NCBI GenBank assembly: GCA_964470825.1
Contig: CAYYEF010000002.1
Span: 1 to 62,035, forward strand
Direction of reading: 5' to 3'
DNA length: 62,035 nucleotides
Source of the DNA: an uncultured Candidatus Saccharibacteria bacterium
GTDB taxonomy: Bacteria > Patescibacteriota > Minisyncoccia > Phycocordibacterales > JAACPR01
Every line of letters starts with the position of its first letter. Position 1 is the first letter of the stretch. Both the position numbers and the translations under genes were made by a program. The notes beneath the pieces are model-generated. The model saw nothing but the letters and a program-made list of their open reading frames with translations. It searched no databases and had not been told where the DNA came from. This document shows positions 44,710 to 53,641 of this stretch, piece by piece.

Positions 44710-47700
44710 TTAGTATTCTCCTTGTTCTAGTCTGATTTGTTCAGCAAAAATTTGCATTGCTTTATCTTCAATTTCTTTTGCCTTAGCATATTTTTCACTT
44801 CCAACGAATCCAGTACCAGCAGGAATTAATCTTCCTAGAATAACGTTTTCTTTTAGACCAGCAAGATTATCTTCTGCACCTCTGATAGCAGAGTTGATAA
44901 GAACTTTTGTTGTGTGTTGGAATGAAGCGGCTGACAAGAATGATTTTCTTGAAAGTGAAACTTCTGTAATACCAAGAATAACTGGTTCAGCAGTTGCCTT
45001 TTCTCCACCTTCAGCAGCAACTTTTTCATTTTCTTCATCTAGTTCATCACGTGAAGCTACATCACCAGTAGTGTATTTAGTTTCACCTCCGTTTGTAATT
45101 TTCATTCTTGAGAACATTTGTCGAACGATAATTTCAATGTGTTTTCTTGAAACTGGTTCTCCTTGTAGTTCGTAGATTCTGTTAATTTGAGCAATGATAT
45201 ATTCTTCTGTTTTTTCTTGACCAGCATATTTGTAAAGTTCAGCCAAATCTGCAGAACCATCTGAAATCAATTGACCTTTTTCTACATTTTGACCAACTTT
45301 TACAAGCACTGTTCTAATTGGAGGAACAGCATATTCAATCTCTTTACCTTTTTTAGCTGTACCAGAAGCTTCTCCAAGAATAACGACAATCTTTTCCTTA
45401 CCTTCATTTCTAATTTCAGAAACGATACCAGCCATTTTAGCAATAGAAGCAGGGCTCTTTGGTTTTCTTCTTTCAAAGACTTCTTCAACACGAGGCAAAC
45501 CTTGTGTAATGTCTCCACCAACAGACGCAGTACCTCCGGCATGGAAAGTTCTCATTGTTAGCTGTGTACCAGGTTCACCAATAGCTTGAGCAGCCACTGT
45601 ACCAATAGCTTCTCCAATATCAATCATCTTGTCTTTACCAAGATCGGCACCATAACATTTGGCACAGACACCGTGTTTTGATTGACAAGTTAGAGGTGAT
45701 CGAACTTTGATTTCTTTAATTCCAAGATTTTCTGCATGTAACGCATCATCTTTTGTAACTAGATGACCTTTTTCAAATACAACATTACCAGCATCATCTT
45801 TTACTTCTTCTGCAATGACACGACCATAAATTTTTCTTGATAGAGGAACTTCAATACCAGAATCACTAACTTGTTTAACTGTAATATATTTCTTAGTTGA
45901 ACAATCAATTTCTGAAACAACAACATCTTGAGCAACATCGAACAAACGACGTGTTAAGTAACCAGCTTTAGCTGTGTTCAAAGCGGTGTCAGTCAAACCT
46001 TTTCGAGAACCGTGAGTAGTTGTGAAATATTCAATTGGTGAAAATCCTTCCTTACTTGAAGAAAGCACTGGGAACTCAACCTCTTCTCCTCTAGAGTTAA
46101 TGATCAAACCCTTCATACCAGCCATGTTTGTGATTTGTCCAAGAGAACCTCGGGCACCAGACTTCCACATATCATATACAGGTCCGTTTTTATCTAGAGT
46201 CTTTGGAATGATTTGTTCTATTTTTGTTTTAGCTCCATACCAAACTGAAATAATTTTTCTTTTCTTTTCAGCTTCAGAAAGAAGACCATCGTTATATTGT
46301 CTAACAATTGTCTTAACTTCTTCTGTTGCTTCTTCAACGATAGTTTCTTTTTCAGCAGGAACTTTAATATCATCGATACCCCAAGTCACACCTGAACGAG
46401 TGGCGTATTTGAATCCGAAAGCTTTAATCTTGTCTAGAATTCTTGGAATATTAACAATACCGTATTTATTAATCATTTTACTGATTAATTTTGACATTGT
46501 TGTCTTATCAATTTCTTGATTAACAAACTCAAAATCATCTGGAAGCACGCTGTTAAATAGAATTCTTCCAACTGTTGTTTCAAGAGGAGTTTCAATATAG
46601 TTTGCAAACTTTGTATTTTCTTTACCTTTAATAAAGATTTTTGCTCGCAAATCTAGAACACCGAAGTCATGTGCGGTAATAGCACTATTTGGACCAGGAT
46701 AATATGTTCCTTCACCTTTCTTACCTTCAACAATTTTTGTCATCCAGAAACATCCAAGCAAGATATCAAGTAATTTTGCAGAAACTACTGGATCTCCAGA
46801 ACCGGGTTTTAGAATGTTTTTATCTGCAGCCATAATTTCTCGAGCTTCATATTGAGCTACAACTGAAAGTGGTACGTGAACAGCCATTTGGTCCCCGTCG
46901 AAGTCAGCGTTGAACGCAGTACATACAAGAGGGTGAACTTGAATAGCCATACCTTCAATTAAACGAGGTTTGAAAGCTTGAATACCTAGTCTGTGAAGTG
47001 TAGGAGCTCGGTTCAGAAGAACATATTTATCTTTAATTACTTCTTCCAAAACTTCCCAAACTTCTGGTGAAGCATCGTCAATCAATCGGCCTGCGCCACG
47101 AATGTTGAAAGCAAGTTCTTTTTTCAAAAGACCTGAAATAACAAACGGTCGGAATAATTCAAGGGCCATATTCTTTGGAAGACCGCACTCATGTAAATCA
47201 AGTTCAGGACCAATCACAATTACAGAACGACCTGAATAATCAACTCGTTTTCCAAGAAGGTTTCTTCGGAACAAACCGTTTTTACCTTTTAGGTTATCAG
47301 CAAGAGATTTTAACGGTCTCTTTTGTGATTGAGATTGAGCGTTTGAACCACTATTGTGTCTAATTGAATTATCAATCAAAGCATCAACGGCTTCTTGTAG
47401 AATTCTTTTTTCATTTCTTAGAATTACATCAGGAGCACCAATATCTTGCAATTTCTTTAGACGATTATTTCTGTTAATAACGCGTCGATATAAGTCGTTG
47501 ATATCTGAGGTTGCTTGTCGTCCACCATCAAGAGCCACCATAGGTCTTAGAGCTGGAGGGATAATTGGAATATGAGTCAAGAACATCCATTCTGGACGAA
47601 TCTTTGATTTGATCATCGCCTTAATCATACTGATTCGACGATTGATTTTATCTCTAGTTAAAGCAGAAGCTGTTTCCTTTTCTTTCAAAAGATTTTCTAA

Positions 47701-48393
47701 TAATTTAGGTAAGTCAGTATTTTGGAAAATTTTGTAAATTGCCTCAGCACCAATCTCAGCTTCAAAAAGAGAACCGAATTTGATTGAGAATTTATGGTAT
47801 TCAACTTCGTCAATTACTCTACCTTCTTGAATAGAATCAATTTCATTTTTTGTTTCAGTGTAAAGTTCTTTTAACTTCTCTTTTGTTTTCTCATCTTGAG
47901 AAGTTTTAATTTTATTTTTGAATTCTCCCTCAAGGCTTGAAATTATATTTTTTCTTTCTTGTTCATCAACTTTAGTTATTAGGTAACCAGCGAAGTAGAT
48001 AACTTTTTCAACATCTCCTGAACTCATTCCAAGGACATTACTGATTCGTGAAGGCATACTTCTTAGGAACCAAATGTGTGCAACAGGACTTGAAAGAGTG
48101 ATATGACCCATTCTTTCTCTTCGAACAATTGATCGTGTTACTTCAACTCCACATTTTTCACAAGTGATACCTTTATATCGAATACCTCGATATTTAGCAC
48201 AATAACATTCATAGTCTTTTTCTGGACCGAAAATTCTTTCATCGAAAAGACCGTTCTTTTCTGAACGTTGTGTTCTGTAATTAACAGTTTCTGGTCGAGT
48301 TACTTCTCCTTTTGACCATTCAAGGATTTTTTCTGGTGAAGCCAGTTTCAGAAATATTTTTCCGATATTTGTTTTTTGTTGATTGTTTTTCAT
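44710..48393 (-). CDS. rpoC: DNA-directed RNA polymerase subunit beta'
   Basis: Zn-binding CxC...CxxC N-terminus, catalytic NADFDGDQMAVH, bridge helix and trigger loop regions. Confidence 0.97.
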   Translation of the reverse strand: MKNNQQKTNIGKIFLKLASPEKILEWSKGEVTRPETVNYRTQRSEKNGLFDERIFGPEKDYECYCAKYRGIRYKGITCEKCGVEVTRSIVRRERMGHITLSSPVAHIWFLRSMPSRISNVLGMSSGDVEKVIYFAGYLITKVDEQERKNIISSLEGEFKNKIKTSQDEKTKEKLKELYTETKNEIDSIQEGRVIDEVEYHKFSIKFGSLFEAEIGAEAIYKIFQNTDLPKLLENLLKEKETASALTRDKINRRISMIKAMIKSKIRPEWMFLTHIPIIPPALRPMVALDGGRQATSDINDLYRRVINRNNRLKKLQDIGAPDVILRNEKRILQEAVDALIDNSIRHNSGSNAQSQSQKRPLKSLADNLKGKNGLFRRNLLGKRVDYSGRSVIVIGPELDLHECGLPKNMALELFRPFVISGLLKKELAFNIRGAGRLIDDASPEVWEVLEEVIKDKYVLLNRAPTLHRLGIQAFKPRLIEGMAIQVHPLVCTAFNADFDGDQMAVHVPLSVVAQYEAREIMAADKNILKPGSGDPVVSAKLLDILLGCFWMTKIVEGKKGEGTYYPGPNSAITAHDFGVLDLRAKIFIKGKENTKFANYIETPLETTVGRILFNSVLPDDFEFVNQEIDKTTMSKLISKMINKYGIVNIPRILDKIKAFGFKYATRSGVTWGIDDIKVPAEKETIVEEATEEVKTIVRQYNDGLLSEAEKKRKIISVWYGAKTKIEQIIPKTLDKNGPVYDMWKSGARGSLGQITNMAGMKGLIINSRGEEVEFPVLSSSKEGFSPIEYFTTTHGSRKGLTDTALNTAKAGYLTRRLFDVAQDVVVSEIDCSTKKYITVKQVSDSGIEVPLSRKIYGRVIAEEVKDDAGNVVFEKGHLVTKDDALHAENLGIKEIKVRSPLTCQSKHGVCAKCYGADLGKDKMIDIGEAIGTVAAQAIGEPGTQLTMRTFHAGGTASVGGDITQGLPRVEEVFERRKPKSPASIAKMAGIVSEIRNEGKEKIVVILGEASGTAKKGKEIEYAVPPIRTVLVKVGQNVEKGQLISDGSADLAELYKYAGQEKTEEYIIAQINRIYELQGEPVSRKHIEIIVRQMFSRMKITNGGETKYTTGDVASRDELDEENEKVAAEGGEKATAEPVILGITEVSLSRKSFLSAASFQHTTKVLINSAIRGAEDNLAGLKENVILGRLIPAGTGFVGSEKYAKAKEIEDKAMQIFAEQIRLEQGEY

Positions 48394-48414
48394 ATATTGA
48401 TAATTTCCTAATAA

Positions 48415-51400
48415 CTATTTGTTTAATAATGAATCTTCGCCTTCTTCTCTTTCTTCTTCCTCTACACTGATATCAAGTCCAAGACCTCTAATGTTATTTA
48501 CTAATACATTAAATGAAGCTGGAACGTTTGATTGAGTGATTGGTTCTCCTTTCACAATAGAATCAAATGCAGCTGATCTACCTACGATATCATCTGATTT
48601 ATAAGTAAGCATTTCTCGCAATGTGTGCGCAGCACCGTGTCCAAGCAGAGCCCAGACTTCCATCTCTCCAAATCTTTGTCCTCCGTTTTGAGCTTTTCCA
48701 CCAAGAGGTTGTTGAGTAATAAGAGAGTATGGACCAATAGAACGCATGTGAATCTTGTCTTCAACCATGTGGTGAAGTTTCAACATGTACATGTAACCGA
48801 CGGCTACATCTTGTTCAAATTTTTCTCCAGTTCGTCCATCATAAAGAGGCATCTTACCATCTTCATTGAATCCAGCCTTCTTCAATTCTTCTTTGATTTC
48901 TTCAGCTGTTGCACCTACGAAAGCAGGACAAATTGCTTGATAATCAAGAGTATTTGCAGCAAGACCTAGGTGTAATTCAAAAATCTGACCAAGGTTCATA
49001 CGTGAAGGCACACCAAGAGGTGTCAAAATAATATCTACCGGTTCACCATCTTCTGTGTATGGCATATCTTCTGCTGGTAATACTTTTGAGATAACACCTT
49101 TGTTACCGTGTCGTCCAGCTAATTTATCTCCGACAGTAATTGGTCGAAGTTGAGCAATTTCAATATGAACTCTTTTGATAATTCCTGAATCAAGTTTGTC
49201 TCCATTTTCTCGTGAGAAAATTTTAACACCAACAACACGACCTCGTAGACCTCCTTCTGCTCGTTTTGATGAATCTTTAACTTCTCTAGCTTTTTCACCA
49301 AAGATTGATCTTAATAATCTTTCTTCTGGAGTAAGTTGAGTTTCACCTTTTGGAGTAATTTTTCCAACCAAAATATCATCTGGGCGAACTTCAGCACCAA
49401 TTCTGATGATACCGTCTTCGTCTAGATTTTTTAGTTTAGTATCACTAACGTTTGGAATATCTGAAGTTGTAACTTCTGGACCAAGTTTAGTATCTCGAAC
49501 ATTAACAACAACTTCTTCCAAGTGAATAGAAGTAAGCACATCGTTCTTAACAAGTTTTTCGTTAATAACAATAGCGTCTTCGTAGTTTGAACCTGACCAT
49601 GACATGAAAGCCACTTTCAAGTTTTTACCAAGAGCAATTTGTCCGTTATCACTTGATGAACAATCTGCCAGTAAATCACCTTTCTTAACTTTATCTCCAA
49701 CATTAACAGTTGGTCGGTGATGGAAAGAAGTAAATCCGTTTGTTCTTTCAAAAATAGATAAAAGAGATTCATGGGTTTTACCCGCTGAATCTTTTACAAC
49801 AATTCTTTTACCATCAACATAGTCAATAACACCATCGAATGATGCTCGAATAATTCTATTTGAAAGTTTTAGAGCTTCTTCTTCAATACCTGTTGCTACA
49901 AGAGGTGCTTCTGCGGTAAGCAGAGGAGTTGCTTGTTTTTGCATGTTTGAGGCCATCAATGCTCGGTTTGCGTCATCGTGTTCTAGGAATGGAATTGTTG
50001 AAGTAGCAATTGAGAAAGCTTGGAATGGAACAATATCAACAAAATCTACTTCTTTTTTCTTAGCTACTGATGGTTGACCATTGTGTCTAACATCTACATA
50101 TTTGTTTACGAATTCACCATTCTTATCTATTTCAGTCGCTGAGTGAGCGATGATATATTTTTCTTCTTCATGAGCATTCAGATAAACAATTTCTTTTGTA
50201 ATTTTTCCATCAACTACTTTTACATAAGGAGTTTCGATCATACCGAATTGGTTAGTTCGAGCGAAAGCAGTGAAGCGTAAAATCAAACCAATGTTTTGAC
50301 CTTCAGGTGTATGGATAGGACAAACGCGACCATAGTGTGAAGGGTGAACGTCTCGAACTTCAAGACCTGCTCGTTCTCGAGTTAGACCGCCTGGTCCTAG
50401 TGCAGATACAGTTCTCAAGTGTTCAATTTCAGTTAACAAGTTTTCTTGTTGCATGAATTGTGACAATTGGTTTGTAGTAAAGAATTCTTTGATTCTTGCT
50501 TGTAGAGGTCTTGGAGCAATGAAATTTACAGGTAGCGCTGCATCAGCATCAATAGTAGACATTCTATTTTGAATGTTTCTTTTCATTTGAACCATACCAG
50601 TTCGAATTTTTTGTTGTAGTAATTCACCTACAAATCGAACTCGTCTTGAACCAAGGTGATCAATATCATCTTCTTGTGCCTCTGGATCGTTATTAAGCTT
50701 AATAACATGTTCAATAATAACTACAAAATCAGAAAGAGTGATTGTTTTTATAGCTAAAGATTTTTTATCTGTTGGTAAGCCGAATCGTGAATTAAATTTA
50801 AATCTTCCAACTTCTGATAAGTCATATCTAGTTTCACTTAGAATTGAATCGACAAACTCTCTTGCATTTTCAAGAGTAGCCAAATCTCCATCTCGAAGTC
50901 TCTTATATATATCTAGATAAGCTTCGTCCAAAGTCTTAATTGTGTCTTTTTTCAAAGTTTTCTCAATAGCCTCTTTAGCTTCTGGAGATTTGAAAAGTTT
51001 TACAATATCAGAGTCTGTACCAGCACCAATTATTCTTAGAAAAGAAGTTATTGGGAATTTTCGGTTTTTATCAATTCGAACATAAACCAGGTTATCTGGG
51101 TCAGTTTCGATTTCAATCCAAGCTCCACGAGCAGGAATAATTTTTGAACCATATAGCTTGTGCCCTCTCAAAATTTGAGAGTTAAATAAAATCCCGTATG
51201 AACGGGCAAGTTGTGGTACTATTACTCTTTCTACTCCATTAATAATAAAAGTTCCTCGATTTGTCATCATAGGAAAATCTGCAAGGAATATTTCTTGTTC
51301 TTTTTCAGAGCCAAGATTTTTATTAACAAGTTTTGTAGTAACTTTCAAAGAAGCTTCATAAGTCATTTTGTTTGCCTTTGCTGTTCTTTCATCATACTTG

Positions 51401-51639
51401 GGATCATCAAATGAAAAATCTACAAATTTTAATTCAAACTTTTTCTCAGAATAATCTTTGATTGAACCGAATTCAGAAAATACTTCTTTTATACCGTCTT
51501 TCAAAAGCCAGTTAAAAGAACTAATTTGACCCTCGAAAAGATTTGGCATTTCAAGGATTGGTTTACGATATTTGCTGAAGTGCTTCTTTTCTCTTTGTCC
51601 TACAGACATAGAAGACACTTCTTTATGTTGTTTCGCCAT
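48415..51639 (-). CDS. rpoB: DNA-directed RNA polymerase subunit beta
   Basis: rif-region-like QLSQFMQQENLL, GRHGNKGVIS, GGQRFGEMEVWAL. Confidence 0.97.
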   Translation of the reverse strand: MAKQHKEVSSMSVGQREKKHFSKYRKPILEMPNLFEGQISSFNWLLKDGIKEVFSEFGSIKDYSEKKFELKFVDFSFDDPKYDERTAKANKMTYEASLKVTTKLVNKNLGSEKEQEIFLADFPMMTNRGTFIINGVERVIVPQLARSYGILFNSQILRGHKLYGSKIIPARGAWIEIETDPDNLVYVRIDKNRKFPITSFLRIIGAGTDSDIVKLFKSPEAKEAIEKTLKKDTIKTLDEAYLDIYKRLRDGDLATLENAREFVDSILSETRYDLSEVGRFKFNSRFGLPTDKKSLAIKTITLSDFVVIIEHVIKLNNDPEAQEDDIDHLGSRRVRFVGELLQQKIRTGMVQMKRNIQNRMSTIDADAALPVNFIAPRPLQARIKEFFTTNQLSQFMQQENLLTEIEHLRTVSALGPGGLTRERAGLEVRDVHPSHYGRVCPIHTPEGQNIGLILRFTAFARTNQFGMIETPYVKVVDGKITKEIVYLNAHEEEKYIIAHSATEIDKNGEFVNKYVDVRHNGQPSVAKKKEVDFVDIVPFQAFSIATSTIPFLEHDDANRALMASNMQKQATPLLTAEAPLVATGIEEEALKLSNRIIRASFDGVIDYVDGKRIVVKDSAGKTHESLLSIFERTNGFTSFHHRPTVNVGDKVKKGDLLADCSSSDNGQIALGKNLKVAFMSWSGSNYEDAIVINEKLVKNDVLTSIHLEEVVVNVRDTKLGPEVTTSDIPNVSDTKLKNLDEDGIIRIGAEVRPDDILVGKITPKGETQLTPEERLLRSIFGEKAREVKDSSKRAEGGLRGRVVGVKIFSRENGDKLDSGIIKRVHIEIAQLRPITVGDKLAGRHGNKGVISKVLPAEDMPYTEDGEPVDIILTPLGVPSRMNLGQIFELHLGLAANTLDYQAICPAFVGATAEEIKEELKKAGFNEDGKMPLYDGRTGEKFEQDVAVGYMYMLKLHHMVEDKIHMRSIGPYSLITQQPLGGKAQNGGQRFGEMEVWALLGHGAAHTLREMLTYKSDDIVGRSAAFDSIVKGEPITQSNVPASFNVLVNNIRGLGLDISVEEEEREEGEDSLLNK

Positions 51640-51660
51640 ATTTTAGTTAAACGCAGTTAA

Positions 51661-51710
51661 AGCAAGCGAACCCACCTTTCAACACTCAAAGAAAGGTCAG
51701 TTAACTTGCT
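51661..51710 (-). promoter_or_regulatory. long imperfect hairpin in the rpoB 5' leader
   Basis: minus strand AGCAAG...ACCTTTC-(10-nt loop)-GAAAGGT...CTTGCT; 6+7 Watson-Crick bp plus partly paired internal segment; ends 21 nt before the rpoB ATG. Confidence 0.5.
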
Positions 51711-51817
51711 ATTTTTATAAATTTATAAATTGATATTTTTTAGCTGCATTTCGCAGTCAAAATTATTGAAATTACCCCCACCGTTTGCACATAACTCAAT
51801 CAAAATCGGTTGAATTT

Positions 51818-51846
51818 ATAATAAAGGAATTATAAAATAATGTCAA
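51818..51846 (-). promoter_or_regulatory. predicted promoter TTGACA-N17-TATTAT for rpoBC (about 170-nt leader)
   Basis: hexamers read on minus strand 18 nt after the trmD stop. Confidence 0.5.
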
Positions 51847-51863
51847 TAAGTTTTCCTTTGTTT

Positions 51864-52583
51864 TTAGGAACTTTTAGAGGTTTTAGCTTGTTTAGCTCTC
51901 CATTCTTCAATTTTAGCGTGATTTCCACTTAAAAGAACGGTTGGAACTTTATATTTTTTGCCTTTAAAGACTAGAATCTCTGGTCTAGTATAGAATTCAG
52001 CAGAAGCATTTCGATGTTCTTCAACCGAATCAAAATTACCCAGAACCCCTTTTACTTGTCTTGAAATTGTATCAATAATCACAAGTGCCGCCAATTCTCC
52101 ACCAGTTAAAACATAGTCACCGATAGATAATTCATCACCTTTAAAGATTTTCTTAACACGAGCATCTATTCCTTCGTAACGACCGCAAATAATAATTACA
52201 TGATCATATTTTTTAGCTACACCAGAAGCGTACGCATTAGTAAATTTTTTTCCAGATGGAGAAAGGTGAATTATTTTTATAGAATTTCTTGTGGAATTTT
52301 TTAATTTTTTATTATTTTTCTCAATTTTATTTTTAATAAAAGTCAAAGCTTTTAAAACGGGCTCTGCTTGGATAATCATTCCTGGACCTCCACCGTATGG
52401 TTTTTCATCTACCCTTAAATATGGTTTTTCATTTTTAATTTGACTTTTTGTCGGTTTCACAAAATCACGAGGATTATAAAATTTAAAATCAATTAATTTA
52501 TTTTTTTGAGCACGTGCCAAAATAGACTCATTTAGATATGAGTTAAAACTCTCTGGGAATAATGTGATCACGTGAAATTTCAT
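51864..52583 (-). CDS. trmD: tRNA (guanine37-N1)-methyltransferase
   Basis: TLFPE..., YGGGPGM, SIGDYVLTGGE, LLSGNH motifs. Confidence 0.94.
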   Translation of the reverse strand: MKFHVITLFPESFNSYLNESILARAQKNKLIDFKFYNPRDFVKPTKSQIKNEKPYLRVDEKPYGGGPGMIIQAEPVLKALTFIKNKIEKNNKKLKNSTRNSIKIIHLSPSGKKFTNAYASGVAKKYDHVIIICGRYEGIDARVKKIFKGDELSIGDYVLTGGELAALVIIDTISRQVKGVLGNFDSVEEHRNASAEFYTRPEILVFKGKKYKVPTVLLSGNHAKIEEWRAKQAKTSKSS

Positions 52584-52590
52584 AAATACA

Positions 52591-52620
52591 ATAATGCCAC
52601 GAATTTCATATTTTGTCTAA
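52591..52620 (-). promoter_or_regulatory. predicted promoter TTAGAC-N18-CATTAT, -10 box 7 nt from trmD ATG (leaderless-type)
   Basis: read on minus strand directly after the 52626-52648 terminator. Confidence 0.4.
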
Positions 52621-52625
52621 TAAAA

Positions 52626-52648
52626 GAAAAACCACCCTTGCGGGCGGC
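52626..52648 (-). terminator. intrinsic terminator after the KH-domain gene
   Basis: minus strand CCGCCC-GCAA-GGGTGG (GNRA loop, one G-U) followed by TTTTTC. Confidence 0.6.
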
Positions 52649-52670
52649 TTTTCCACAAAATCCCTTTTGT

Positions 52671-52985
52671 TTAGATTTTCAGATCATCAATTGCTTCATC
52701 TACTGATTTGCTAACCGCAGATCGTGAACCACCTTCAGGTTCGTTGATCTTTAGGTTAACACGTGCGTTGTTTTTCATTCCAACGACGCGAAGCAAGATT
52801 CTGATCGCTTTTGCAGTATTCCCTTGGCGACCAATAATTTTACCCATGTCTTCTGCGTGTACTGTTAAAGTTAACAAAACACCCATTTCATCCACGGTTC
52901 GATCAATCTTGACTGCGTCAGGATTATCTACAAGTGACTTCACGACATATTCCAAAAATTGGAAATCAAGTTCTTTTTCAGACAT
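52671..52985 (-). CDS. KH-domain RNA-binding protein (UPF0109 / YlqC-like)
   Basis: GKIIGRQGNTAKAIRILL KH motif; conserved position between rpsP and trmD. Confidence 0.85.
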   Translation of the reverse strand: MSEKELDFQFLEYVVKSLVDNPDAVKIDRTVDEMGVLLTLTVHAEDMGKIIGRQGNTAKAIRILLRVVGMKNNARVNLKINEPEGGSRSAVSKSVDEAIDDLKI

Positions 52986-53044
52986 TTTAGTTATTTAGCT
53001 ATCAATCTGCAGTGTATATCATTTCTGTATAACTGCTTGCCCTT

Positions 53045-53074
53045 ATTATAAAACAAATAGTGGGTATAAGTCAA
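53045..53074 (-). promoter_or_regulatory. predicted promoter TTGACT-N18-TATAAT for the KH-domain gene
   Basis: read on minus strand directly after the rpsP terminator. Confidence 0.5.
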
Positions 53075-53075
53075 A

Positions 53076-53101
53076 GAAAAAACCACCCAAGACGTGGTGG
53101 T
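53076..53101 (-). terminator. intrinsic terminator after rpsP
   Basis: minus strand ACCACC-ACGTCTTG-GGTGGT followed by TTTTTC. Confidence 0.6.
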
Positions 53102-53130
53102 CAAAAATATTTTTATTTTTTATCTTTAAA

Positions 53131-53571
53131 TTAAGCAGCTGGTTTTTCTTCTGTAGCAGGAGCTTCGGAAGCAACTTCTTCTACAACTGGAGCAGCTTCT
53201 ATTGGAGTTTCAACTACAGGTGCAGCTTCTTCAACTTTAACTTCAGTCTTTGGAGCTTCTGCTTTTACTTCTTCAGCAGGCACTTCTTTTATAATTGGAG
53301 TTTTCTTTGGAAGAACGTTTATTTTCTTACCATCGATAATTTTCTTTTCGATCAATAAGTTATGAACTGTACCTGATAATTGAACACCTTTACTCATCCA
53401 TTCTTTGATTCTGTCACCCTTGATGATTGTAGCATCTTTGTGACGAGGATCATGTGAACCTAGAATTTCAATAAATTTACCGCTCTTTGGACCGTTCTTT
53501 GAATCAGTCAAAACAAGCCGAAAAGTTGGTTCGTGCTTTCTTCCTGTTCTTTGTAATCTAATCATTAACAT
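53131..53571 (-). CDS. rpsP: 30S ribosomal protein S16 with about 50-aa Ala/Pro/Glu/Val-rich C-terminal extension
   Basis: MIRLQRTGRKHEPTFRLVLTD core; the true start may be the second ATG at 53565. Confidence 0.93.
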   Translation of the reverse strand: MLMIRLQRTGRKHEPTFRLVLTDSKNGPKSGKFIEILGSHDPRHKDATIIKGDRIKEWMSKGVQLSGTVHNLLIEKKIIDGKKINVLPKKTPIIKEVPAEEVKAEAPKTEVKVEEAAPVVETPIEAAPVVEEVASEAPATEEKPAA

Positions 53572-53578
53572 GGGGGAA

Positions 53579-53607
53579 ATAGTAGCAGATCATTTGGAAT
53601 TGGTCAA
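53579..53607 (-). promoter_or_regulatory. predicted promoter TTGACC-N17-TACTAT, -10 box 7 nt from rpsP ATG (leaderless-type)
   Basis: read on minus strand. Confidence 0.5.
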
Positions 53608-53627
53608 ATACAATGCTATATTGTCTG

Positions 53628-53633
53628 TAATAT
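53628..53633 (+). promoter_or_regulatory. -10 box TAATAT, 8 nt from rnr ATG 53642 (leaderless-type)
   Basis: read directly. Confidence 0.4.
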
Positions 53634-53641
53634 AAAAAGAT

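Noticed and set aside
51772-51792. A six-codon mini-ORF (MCKRWG) in the rpoB leader as a possible attenuation leader peptide.
   Set aside because: It is too short, has no RBS or promoter-proximal start logic and no run of regulatory codons, so it is probably chance.
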